Source: Antechinus flavipes (taxonomy: Eukaryota). From it: 64,000 nucleotides of DNA. The stretch lies in assembly GCF_016432865.1 (NCBI RefSeq), contig NC_067400.1:624216001-624280000 (forward strand), in the 5' to 3' direction. The notes beneath the pieces were generated by a model. It had not been told where the DNA came from, ran no database searches, and saw only the letters and a program-made list of their open reading frames with translations. The position numbers and the translations under genes were made by a program. Positions 35,841 through 45,175 of this stretch are shown here, piece by piece (positions within the stretch are counted from its first letter, which is position 1; the number at the start of each line of letters is the position of its first letter).

Positions 35841-37858
35841 ACCTCCTCTAGGTCCCTGGTCATCTTGGTTTTCTCTGAGTCCCAACTTTCCTTGGGGTCC
35901 CTGATCTCCTCAGAACTGTCTGAAGTCCTGGTCTCAGGCTCTTCAGGTTTTCTGCTATCCTCAAATCTCACAAAACCTTTTCTCTTTCTCTCCCTCGGGT
36001 AGCTGGTCTCTTTAGAATTCTCTGAATCCCTGACCTCAGTCTTTTTTGGGGTCCTGATTTCCCCTAGCTCCCTGGTTTCTGCAGACTCCTCTGGACCCCT
36101 GATCTCAGTTTTCTCTGACCCTCTGGTCTCTTCAGTCTTCTCTGGGCCTTTGATCTCAATTTCTTCTGGGCCCCTGGGCCCCTGAACCTCCTCTGAGTCC
36201 GTGGGCCCCTGAGCCTCCTCTGAGCCCCTGAGCCCCTGAGACTCCTCTGAGCTCCTGGGCCCCTGAGCCTCCTCTGAGCCCCTGGGCCCCTGAGCCTCCT
36301 CTGAGTCCCTGAGCCCCTGAGACTCCTCTGAGCCCCTGGGCCCCTGAATCTCCTCTGAGTCCCTGAGCCCCTGAGACTCCTCTGGGCCCCTGATCTCAGT
36401 TTTCTCTGACCCTCTGGTCCCTTCAGTCTTCTCTGGGCCTTTGATCTCAATTTCCTCTGGGCCCCTGGGCCCCTGAGCCTCCTCTGAGTCCCTGAGCCCC
36501 TGAGCCTCCTCTGAGTCCCTGAGCCCCTGAGACTCCTCTGGGCCCCTGATCTCAGTTTTCTCTGACCCTCTGGTCCCTTCAGTCTTCTCTGGGCCTTTGA
36601 TCTCAATTTCCTCTGGGCCCCTGAGCCCCTGAGCCTCCTCTGGGCCCCTGAGCCCCTGAGACTCCTCTGGGCCCCTGATCTCAGTTTTCTCTGACCCTCT
36701 GGTCCCTTCAGTCCCTTCAGTCTTCTCTGGGCCTTTGATCTCAATTTCCTCTGGGCCTCTGGGCCCCTGAGCCTCCTCTGAGTCCCTGAGCCCCTGAGAC
36801 TCCTCTGGGCCCCTGATTTCAGTTATCTCTGACCCTCTGGTCCCTTCAGTCTTCTCTGGGCCTTTGATCTCAATTTCCTCTGGGCCCCTGGGCCCCTGAG
36901 CCTCCTCTGAGTCCCTGAGCCCCTGAGTCTCCTCTGGGGTCCTGAGCCCCTGAGCCTCCTCTGAGTCCCTGAGCCCCTGAGACTCCTCTGAGCTCCTGGG
37001 CCCCTGAGCCTCCTCTGAGTCCCTGGGCCCCTGAGCCTCCTCTGAGTCCCTGAGCCCCTGAGACTCCTCTGAGCCCCTGGGCCCCTGAACCTCCTCTGAG
37101 TCCCTGAGCCCCTGAGACTCCTCTGGGCCCCTGATCTCTGTTTTCTCTGACCCTCTGGTCCCTTCAGTCTTCTCTGGGCCTTTGATCTCAATTTCCTCTG
37201 GGCCCCTGGGCCCCTGAGCCTCCTCTGAGTCCCTGAGCCCCTGAGCCTCCTCTGAGTCCCTGAGCCCCTGAGACTCCTCTGGGCCCCTGATCTCAGTTTT
37301 CTCTGACCCTCTGGTCCCTTCAGTCTTCTCTGGGCCTTTGATCTCAATTTCCTCTGGGCCCCTGAGCCCCTGAGCCTCCTCTGGGCCCCTGAGCCCCTGA
37401 GACTCCTCTGGGCCCCTGATCTCAATTTTCTCTGACCCTCTGGTCCCTTCAGTCCCTTCAGTCTTCTCTGGGCCTTTGATCTCAATTTCCTCTGGGCCTC
37501 TGGGCCCCTGAGCCTCCTCTGAGTCCCTGAGCCCCTGAGACTCCTCTGGGCCCCTGATTTCAGTTATCTCTGACCCTCTGGTCCCTTCAGTCTTCTCTGG
37601 GCCTTTGATCTCAATTTCCTCTGGGCCCCTGGGCCCCTGAGCCTCCTCTGAGTCCCTGAGCCCCTGAGTCTCCTCTGGGGTCCTGAGCCCCTGAGCCTCC
37701 TCTGAGTCCCTGAGCCCCTGAGACTCCTCCGGGGTCCTGATTTCCTCAGATGTCTGTAGACCACTGGTATCTTGAAAGCTATGAGGGGCTCCTGCTTCCT
37801 CTCGTTTTCTGGTCACTGTTGTCTCTGAGGCCTGAGGGGATCTCTCCCTAGGCTTCAT
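35819..37858 (-). CDS. 679-codon Glu/Gly/Arg-rich tandem-repeat ORF; probable large coding exon upstream of CD37
   Basis: Acceptor cccacgtccctag lies 4 nt before gccATG. The frame is uninterrupted through about 1.8 kb of 24/27-nt units and through degenerate non-repeat flanks. A phase-0 donor GAG|gtgtgt lies at 35843/35842. Confidence 0.7.
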   Translation of the reverse strand: MKPRERSPQASETTVTRKREEAGAPHSFQDTSGLQTSEEIRTPEESQGLRDSEEAQGLRTPEETQGLRDSEEAQGPRGPEEIEIKGPEKTEGTRGSEITEIRGPEESQGLRDSEEAQGPRGPEEIEIKGPEKTEGTEGTRGSEKIEIRGPEESQGLRGPEEAQGLRGPEEIEIKGPEKTEGTRGSEKTEIRGPEESQGLRDSEEAQGLRDSEEAQGPRGPEEIEIKGPEKTEGTRGSEKTEIRGPEESQGLRDSEEVQGPRGSEESQGLRDSEEAQGPRDSEEAQGPRSSEESQGLRDSEEAQGLRTPEETQGLRDSEEAQGPRGPEEIEIKGPEKTEGTRGSEITEIRGPEESQGLRDSEEAQGPRGPEEIEIKGPEKTEGTEGTRGSEKTEIRGPEESQGLRGPEEAQGLRGPEEIEIKGPEKTEGTRGSEKTEIRGPEESQGLRDSEEAQGLRDSEEAQGPRGPEEIEIKGPEKTEGTRGSEKTEIRGPEESQGLRDSEEIQGPRGSEESQGLRDSEEAQGPRGSEEAQGPRSSEESQGLRGSEEAQGPTDSEEVQGPRGPEEIEIKGPEKTEETRGSEKTEIRGPEESAETRELGEIRTPKKTEVRDSENSKETSYPRERKRKGFVRFEDSRKPEEPETRTSDSSEEIRDPKESWDSEKTKMTRDLEEVCVYLCL

Positions 37859-38999
37859 GGCTCTAGGGACGTGGGGGACAGAGAGGGATGGACTGGGGGT
37901 GCAGAGCAGCCCCTGCTTGGGACTCTGCCTTCATCCAGGTCTCCTTAGCCTAGCCCAAATCAGAGCAGGCTCTACCTCATAGAGACCAGATGACCTCATG
38001 GATGAGAGGCTCCGGGTCACTTGGCCCGGCCCTCTGTGTACCTCTCTCCCTCAAAGGCTGAGAGGAACCTGGAATGCCCAGCAGGAGGGGACCTTGGAGA
38101 GCGCCGTGGGTCTGAGGAGGAAAGGGAGGCTGGGGGGGGGGTCCTGTGGCTGCCTCAGGACTCCTCCCTGTCCCAGAGTCCCCGGCCTGCACCTGTCTTC
38201 CTCAGTGTTTGTCTCCTCTCTCCCGGACCCACCATGTGTTTCTATCTCTGTGCCTCCATGCCTCAGCTTATGGGCTGAGCCTCTCCCTTTCTGTGTAGCT
38301 GGGTCTTCCCCTGAGTCTCTGCCCCCTGGGGACACAGCGCCCGTCACCTCCCTCAACAACCCCCTCAGGAAGTATAGTGACTTCCTCCCAGGTCGCAGCC
38401 GCCGCCTGAGGAAGTGGGGGGAAGGGAGGCCGCCCAAGAAGGGGAACACCAGAGCTCTCGATGGCGCGCGGGGCTTGGGAAAGGGGGGGCTCATAGGCAA
38501 GGACCTCGTGTCGGAGGGGCGCGGGGACAGCAATGGAGGGAGCCCCGGAGTCGCCCGGTAACGAATAACGGGCTTGGAGAGGCTTCCCTCTTGATAGCTA
38601 GAGATCTCTGGCTGAGCTTCTGTTGGGAGAGGCGCTTGGCGCAAGGAAAACGGGGAAGGGGCTTGGAGATCGTTTCCGAAGGCGGCGGGGAGCTCGGGGG
38701 CCGTGTGTTGTGCGGGCGAGCGAGGGGGGGTCCAAAATGCCGGACAAAAGGCGGACGTGGGAAGGAGAAAGCTGGGCTTCGGCCTGAAGCGTCCCACCCC
38801 GCGTGGCTTGGGGGTGCAGGTGTGCGGGACCCCCGGGGTGCGGAGAAAGCCGCCACAGGGCCCCTCAAGCGCTTAGACGCCCCCCGGGCTAGAAGGGAAG
38901 GTGCGCTCACCTGGCAAGAAGCCTCGGCTCGGGGTCGGGAGGCCAGCGGCTAGGCTGCGTGACCGCCCACTCGAGTTTGGGATGGACTGTGGGAGACTT

Positions 39000-39200
39000 G
39001 ACCTCCCAGGGCGAGCAGGCAGGCGGGGGGGGCGGCATCCAGGTTCCCCGCCTCCCTTGTCCGGGAAGGGTCAGAAGGCGATGATTGGCTTGTGCTTAGA
39101 GGGGGCGGGGCATGCTTCCGGAGGCCCCGCCCCCGAAAGACTTGGCTTGGGGAGTGGGCGTGGTCGTCTTGGGCTCTTCCCGCCCCTCCCAAAGTGACAA
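39000..39200 (-). promoter_or_regulatory. Candidate upstream promoter (GC boxes plus CCAAT)
   Basis: CCAAT on - at 39084-39088. GC boxes at 39101-39110, 39125-39133 and 39156-39163. Downstream GT-AG mini-exon candidates at 38348-38405 and 37976-38057. Confidence 0.4.
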
Positions 39201-39589
39201 TCCCATCAGCTCCAGTTCTGGGTTTGCGCAGTGTTCCCGAGTTGAGTGGGAGGAAGGCTCCTGGGTTCTAGTCTAGGGTCTAGGTGGACTGAGGCAGCCC
39301 CCGAGTTCTAGATCTGAGTTCCCTCTGGGGGCCGGGGGAGGGAGGTGCCCTAGAGTCCAGGTTCAGTCTTTAGCTGGAGGTTTGTTGGGGGTCGGGACGT
39401 GACTCCCGGATTCCAGGTCCAGGGCGACTTTTAGTGTCTAGGTTTGGAGGTACCCGAGTCACTTCCTGATTGGGGTTCTGAGCTTTGGGGGGTGGCTGTT
39501 CGGTGGGCTCGGTCCTAGGTGTGTGTATTTGTGGGGGAGGTGACTCCCAGGTTCTAGCATCTGGGGAAAGCTCGCAGGGTGCCTGTGTG

Positions 39590-40280
39590 TGAAAGAGAGA
39601 CAGAGAGGGAGAGACACAGAAAAGGGGGGGGGGAGGGAGGGGGAGGGACGGAGGAGAGAGGGGGAGGGGGGGAGAGAAGGGGAGAGAGGGGGGAGAAAGG
39701 GAAAAAGAAGGGGGGAAACCAGCAGGAGGAGACAGAGAGAGGGAGAGACACAGAAAAGGGAGAAAGGGGAGAGAGAGGGGGACAGAGGGAGGAGAGAGGG
39801 GGAGAGGGGGGGAGAGGGGGGGAGAGAGGGGGGGAAGAGAGGGGGAGAGAGGGGGGAGAAAGGGAAAAAGAAGGGGGGAAACCAGCAGGAGGAGACAGAG
39901 AGAGGGAGAGACACAGAAAAGGGAGAGAGAGGGGGAGGGAGGGGGAGGGACGGAGGAGAGAGGGGGGAGAGGGGGAGAGAGACAGACAGATAGAGGCAGA
40001 GAGAGACCGGCAGGAGGAGACAGAGAGAGGGAGAGACAGACAGAAAAGGGAGAGAGGCAGAGAGAGGGGGAGGGAACGGGAGAGAGAGGGGAGAAAGGGA
40101 AAAAGAAGGGGGGAGAGACAGACAGAGGCAGAGAGAGACAGAGAGGAGGGAGAAAAGGAAGAGGAAAGTGGGGGGAGAGACAGAGAGAGGCAGAGAGAGA
40201 CAGAGAGAAGGGGAAAAGGAAGAGGAAAGTGGGGGGAGAGACAGAGAGAGGCAGAGAGAGGCAGAGACACACAGAGACAG
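39590..40280. repeat. Purine (GA)-rich low-complexity tract with internal duplications
   Basis: Almost pure A/G on +. Block gaaaaagaagggggaaaccagcaggaggagacagagag is repeated. Confidence 0.95.
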
Positions 40281-42799
40281 AGCCAGCAGTAAGGGACCCC
40301 TAGTGGAAGAGCTCAGTTCTAGATATCCCTTGGGAAATGGGTGTGAGGAAGGAGTGTAATGGAAAGTGAGGCCATTTTCCCTGGGCCTCTCCTGGCTCCG
40401 CCTCTGGGATCTCAGACCAGGTGTCCCCCTCAGACCTAGTTTGTTTCTTCCCCTGCAAAGGGAGGGGCTCAGGCTCTATCTCTGTGGGCCGGCACTCTTT
40501 GGGCCCCGTGAGGTCTGCCCTTCCCCCACACACTCTGTCACCCATCTACAGGATGGGGATTTGGGAAGGCGGGGCAATGGCCGAGGGGCCGGGCTGGGGC
40601 ATCAAGGATGGAGAGCTGGGGGCCCAAGGGGGTATTTCTGTGGGGCCGGGCTCCTTTGGGCCCTCCCTACCAGCACGGAAGCGGGGGCCTGGGTGCCATT
40701 TTCCAAGCCATGCAGAGTGCAGGGAGGCTGGGACAGGGAGGGCTGGCTCCCTGGGGAGGGCCCTGCTTAGCTCTGGAGGCCTCCTCTTCCGCTCTCACCC
40801 AGCAGACACCTGTCTCTTCTGCTCTTTACCTGGGGGATTTCCCTGTTATTTACAGAGATGCCTTGGGGAAGCCCCTGAACTTCCGGGGGGGGGGCAGGTC
40901 TGGAGGTGTGGGCTCAGCGAGCTTCCTGATGGCCCGTCCGGCCCCGTACGAGAGGGGTCTGCAGTGGGCTGCCTCCCAGGAGTCCGGCTCCGCTCAGCCC
41001 GGTGGCACCGGCCCGAGCGGCTCTCACTGTTGTCATTGCTGGGGGGGTGGGGGGTGCTGCTGCCTGCTCAGGTGGGGGAGCACTGGGGCTGTGTGGGCTG
41101 GGGGTCAGGGAGGAGCCCAATCTGGCCCCGAACTTTCTTGCTCCCCTTGGGGACGCAGCTGAGTGTTCCTGGGTGACACCGACAGTTGATTTCTGGTACC
41201 ATAATGCCTTGGAGTGTGGGGGGCGGGGCTCTCTGTCTCTTCTTGGCCCAGGGCACCCAGTCTAGGGGAAGGCGGATGGCTGTGGCCACTGCTCCCGCAG
41301 ACACTGACCCTGCTGATCGTGTTGCCCCATGCGCCTCCTTGCCCTGGAACCCGTGGATCCCTGAGCTCTCTCCTAGCCCAGCCTAGCTGTGGCTCCTGAC
41401 GAATGTCTCCCTTCCCGGATTTTGTATTTCTCTGTGAGGTTTCCCTCTTTTTCCTGCTTTGCGTCCTCATCCAGGGCTCCCTGTGGCTGATGGGCTCTTG
41501 CACTCGGGAGAACATCTGGAGTCACTGCGTGAGCCCCGAGCCTGGGGCGTCCCAAGGGTGAGCCCTGAGCCCGGAGCCTGGGACAGGCCCAAGGGTGATC
41601 CTGGAGCCCGGAGCCCGGAGCCCCGGGGCAGTCCCACGGGGGAAGGCTGCCTCTCCGAGCCGCTGTTTTCCCGTAGTTGGGTTCATTTCCCCAGCCATTA
41701 AGCCCCTTATGGGCCGCATACAAACCGGAAAAGAAGCGCCCCGACCTCCGGGAGTTCCCAGGCTACGGGAAACAAGCTTTACCCAGAGAAGCAGACGCAA
41801 AGCGAGGGGGGGGTGGGGGGGGAACATCCGGGACTTCAGCGTGGGGGTGGGGGCCGGCCCCGGGGGCGAGCTGGGAGCCGGGGGCTTCAGGAGAGCGGCG
41901 AGCAGCAGCCTGCCCCGCGGCAGGAAGGTGAGGGCCTGGCGTGCGCAGCCAGGAGCGGGAGCCAGTGCGCTCCCGTGGCCTCCCCGATGTCTCTCCGGGG
42001 AGGGAGCGAGCGCCCCGGGACAGGCTGGCAGCCCGGCACAGGCCCAGCGGGAGGAGCTGCTCCCAGCAGGAAGTGACCCGGTCACACTTGCACTTGAGGA
42101 AACGCCGCCCGGGGCCGGGGGGAGGGCCAGGGCCAGAGGCCAGCTGGAAGGCGGTTATGGAAGGCCGCGGGCTGCCGGGGCTCCTCTGGGCGGGGTGAGG
42201 AAGGTGTGCCGGGGTGGGGGCCTGGCACCTAGGGCCGGGAGCACCCAGACACCAAACGGCTCCGGCCCGTGCCTCTGGCAGACGCAGGGGAGCAGTGGGG
42301 GGAGGGGGGAGTTAGGTGTGGGGGCTCCACGGGCCTCCCCGTCCCCGACTGGTGGCAGCCACAGCAGAGACTTTTTCTGGGCTTGTGGTCGGGAAGATCT
42401 CAGCCGCTTCCCAGCTGCGAGACCCCAGCCAAGTGACTTAGCTGCTGTCGGCCTCAGTTTCCCCACCTGTAAAATGGGCTAAATGAGATGCTGTTTAAGC
42501 TCTTCTGGAGCCGGTGCACTCTCGATTGGACTTGATGCCACAGAGGTCCTGTTCGGTTCTGGGATTTATTGCGTCTATGATTCAGAGATGGAGACAACAG
42601 CGAAAGATGGGGAAGGTGGAGGCGGCAGGACCATCGTGGGCATTGGGCTGGGAGCCGCGGGAGGTCGCGGACAGTCCGAGGTGAATGCAGTGGTGGGGGA
42701 TTAGTCCCTTTCTGAAGGGGCGCCTTCAATAGGAGAGAGAAAACTGAGGGAAAACACAACTCTGGGCTCCTATTAGAAGGGCAGTTGGAGGGAAAAGTT

Positions 42800-43260
42800 G
42801 GGCTGTTCATTGTGCTCCGTCTGGGAGCCGCGGGGGAGGAGATGGAGCGGAGGCTGCGGGGGAGGAGATGGAGCAGACGCTGAGCTCGGTCTGGGAGCCC
42901 GGGGGGGAGGAGATGGAGCGGAGGCTGCGGGGGAGGAGATGGAGCAGACGCTGAGCTCGGTCTGGGAGCCCGGGGGGAGGAGATGGAGCAGAGGCTGCGG
43001 GGGAGGAGATGGAGCAGACGCTGAGCTCGGTCTGGGAGCCCGGGGGGAGGAGATGGAGCGGAGGCTGCGGGGGAGGAGATGGAGCAGACGCTGAGCTCGG
43101 TCTGGGAGCCCGGGGGGAGGAGATGGAGCAGAGGCTGCTCTCGGTCTGGGAGCCGCCGGGGAGGAGATGGAGCAGACGCTGAGCTCGGTCTGGGAGCCGC
43201 GGGGGAGGAGATGGAGCAGACGCTGAGCTCGGTCTGGGAGCCGGGGGGAGGAGGTGGAGC
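42800..43260. repeat. Minisatellite, ~40-60-bp unit ggggaggagatggagcagacgctgagctcggtctgggagcc
   Basis: Tandem copies are visible directly. Confidence 0.9.
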
Positions 43261-43599
43261 GGAGGCTGCGCTGGGTCTCGAGCCACGAGGAAGGTGCAGC
43301 AAGACCAATTTAGGCTTCATGTAGGCGTAAGGTGCACTGTTAAAGTCTCCCCAGGCTCATGTGCACAGGCGGACCAGCAAGTGGACAGAAGTGAGTCTCC
43401 GAGCATCTCCTTGTCTTCAAGGGCTCCCCACGTGGGCCCCTTTGAATTCTGTATGTCCCCCGCCCATGAGACGAGAGACTGGCCTGGATTCCGTTACAAC
43501 TCCCCGCATACTCTTGAGTGCCTCGGAAATCGGAGCAGGGTCTCATCGACTCTATGGTTGTCTGTGTAAAGATGGAGGTGATTTGTTCTCATAACTTTA

Positions 43600-44981
43600 T
43601 GGAAATGACTGAGCCCCCATTCTCTCCCTCTCCTTTTCACAGAACCCCAAGGACCGCATGCTCAGACCACGATTACTGCCCAACCCCCTGGCGCTTGCGG
43701 CAAGGCCTGGACTTCTGGCTCGTCAGAGATCACGGCCATTTCCGTTATTATCTTGAGTCCTTAGCTCCACGTCCCCAAAAGGCCATCTGGAGAGAGAGCG
43801 CAATTAGGCATCTCCCCAGCTTCCAAGATGAGCTGTGGCTTCCACTAGAGGCTTTCTACTAGTCCTGATCCCACTGGCCTGGGCACCCCGGGGGCTGTTG
43901 AATGGACCTTGCCCCTCCTCCATCCCAGCTTCTCCCTCCAGATCTGTGCACTATTACTCACATCCTCTGGGCACATTTCCCATGGAGCAGTGCCCTATAT
44001 TTGAGCATCCCTCGCTAGGACAACCCTTCATTTTGGCAGCTCCCTGGAAATGACAAGGACTTCCTGTCTCTCTTAAGCCTTCCAGATGGGAATGATACAG
44101 AGAAATTCAGAGGCAAGGAATCAGCCCAAACTCTAGTTACATAAGGAAAACGGTAACCGCTCCAAAGTTGGACTGGATTCCCCTTTCTGGAAGCCTCCGA
44201 GCAGGGGCCGGAGGACCATCGTGGATGACGGTGGGGATTCTTATTCAAGTAGATTGGCTCAGGTGGCTGTCAGTCTCCCGTGCTTTGGGGGTATCTTCAG
44301 TTCAGAGGTTTTGTGGTTGTCTAGCCTAAGGAGTGTGGGGAGGGAAATGGGGAGGATAGAGGAGTCTCCTTTTTCATTCTCCCCAGGAATGCAGAGAAAC
44401 TCCAGCTGCCAATAGAGGCTGGCAAATACCCAAAGAAGTGTGGCCAGGTGACCTGTCTGCAAGGCCAGCCAACATCCACACTATGTGGCTAACCCAGCAT
44501 AACACAGGACAGAGCACCAGGATCAAGGAGGGAGGGTAGCTCGGTGGGACACAGACTGAGTTTATTTAGGGGAGTGGGGGAGAACACTAGGGAGACACTG
44601 TCAGATTTACTGAGGACCTGGTCAGGCCCAGGGCAATCTGGAAGGACCTGGGGTGCCAGGGTCTAGACTGGGTGTCTCTGCCCCCCACCCACCCACCAGA
44701 AGCCTGAGTCTGCTTATTGAGCCCTATCCACCTGTCCTGGATAAGCATAATTTGCCCAGAGATCAGTAACATCTATTTCCCCAATGACTCAGTTTACCTG
44801 GAGAGCACATGTACCACACTCTGTCCTAAAGATGTAGTGATCAGTTGTACCGCTCCTTCTCCCTGGAAATCAATCTGCTCATTCAGATGTCCTGAAGAGA
44901 AACAAGGGGCTGCTTAATATTCTCCAGGAACTCTGGAGAATCAGCGCTGAGCCTAGGTTAAAAATGGTGCAGATGAATAAA
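43600..44981 (+). pseudogene. Degraded SLC6A16-like gene relic, head-to-head with CD37
   Basis: Colinear exon remnants behind acceptors: 43942 (CCA TGG -AG CAG TGC CCT, about PWE.CP); about 44170-44340 (FW...IVDDGGDSYSSRL...LSSLRSVGR vs FWY...RIEDGGSPVYSL...INGLKSTGK); 44387 phase 2 (NAEKLQLPIEAGKYP...QPTST, frameshift, WLTQ vs NAEILLKLINLGKLPP...NPTSIYNAWLS); 44700 (LIEPYPP vs VLRPYPP). AATAAA at 44976-44981. Stops, frameshifts and missing exons are present. Confidence 0.55.
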
Positions 44982-45175
44982 GGGTGCTGAGGGCCAATGC
45001 GCAGACTCACCTTTGCTTCAGGCTGAAGCATCCAGGCCTACCTCTCTTACTCTTCAAAATCCAAGGTACTGGGACCCAGCCTTCGCCTCAGGACCCCTAC
45101 ACCCCCCAAGAAGCAGATATAATGAAACTGATAGGCTTTTTTAAATCAAAATTTCTTTTTCAATCAGCAAAAATC

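Noticed and set aside
34234-35885. Val/Ser/Cys-rich and Thr/Asp-rich ORFs
   Set aside because: They are translations of the ACAGAC microsatellite, and the frames are repeatedly broken by stops.
36064-37764. Arg-rich alternative minus frame (RSKAQRRLKG...) of the repeat exon
   Set aside because: It is interrupted by stops, lacks a good start and does not extend through the flanks, unlike the 679-codon frame.
39370-40292. Long L/S/P and E/R/G ORFs
   Set aside because: They are products of the GA-rich low-complexity tract.
42545-42720. Minus-strand stop followed by AATAAA (42565-42570) as a terminal exon
   Set aside because: No convincing acceptor or upstream exons were found, and an isolated hexamer is expected by chance.
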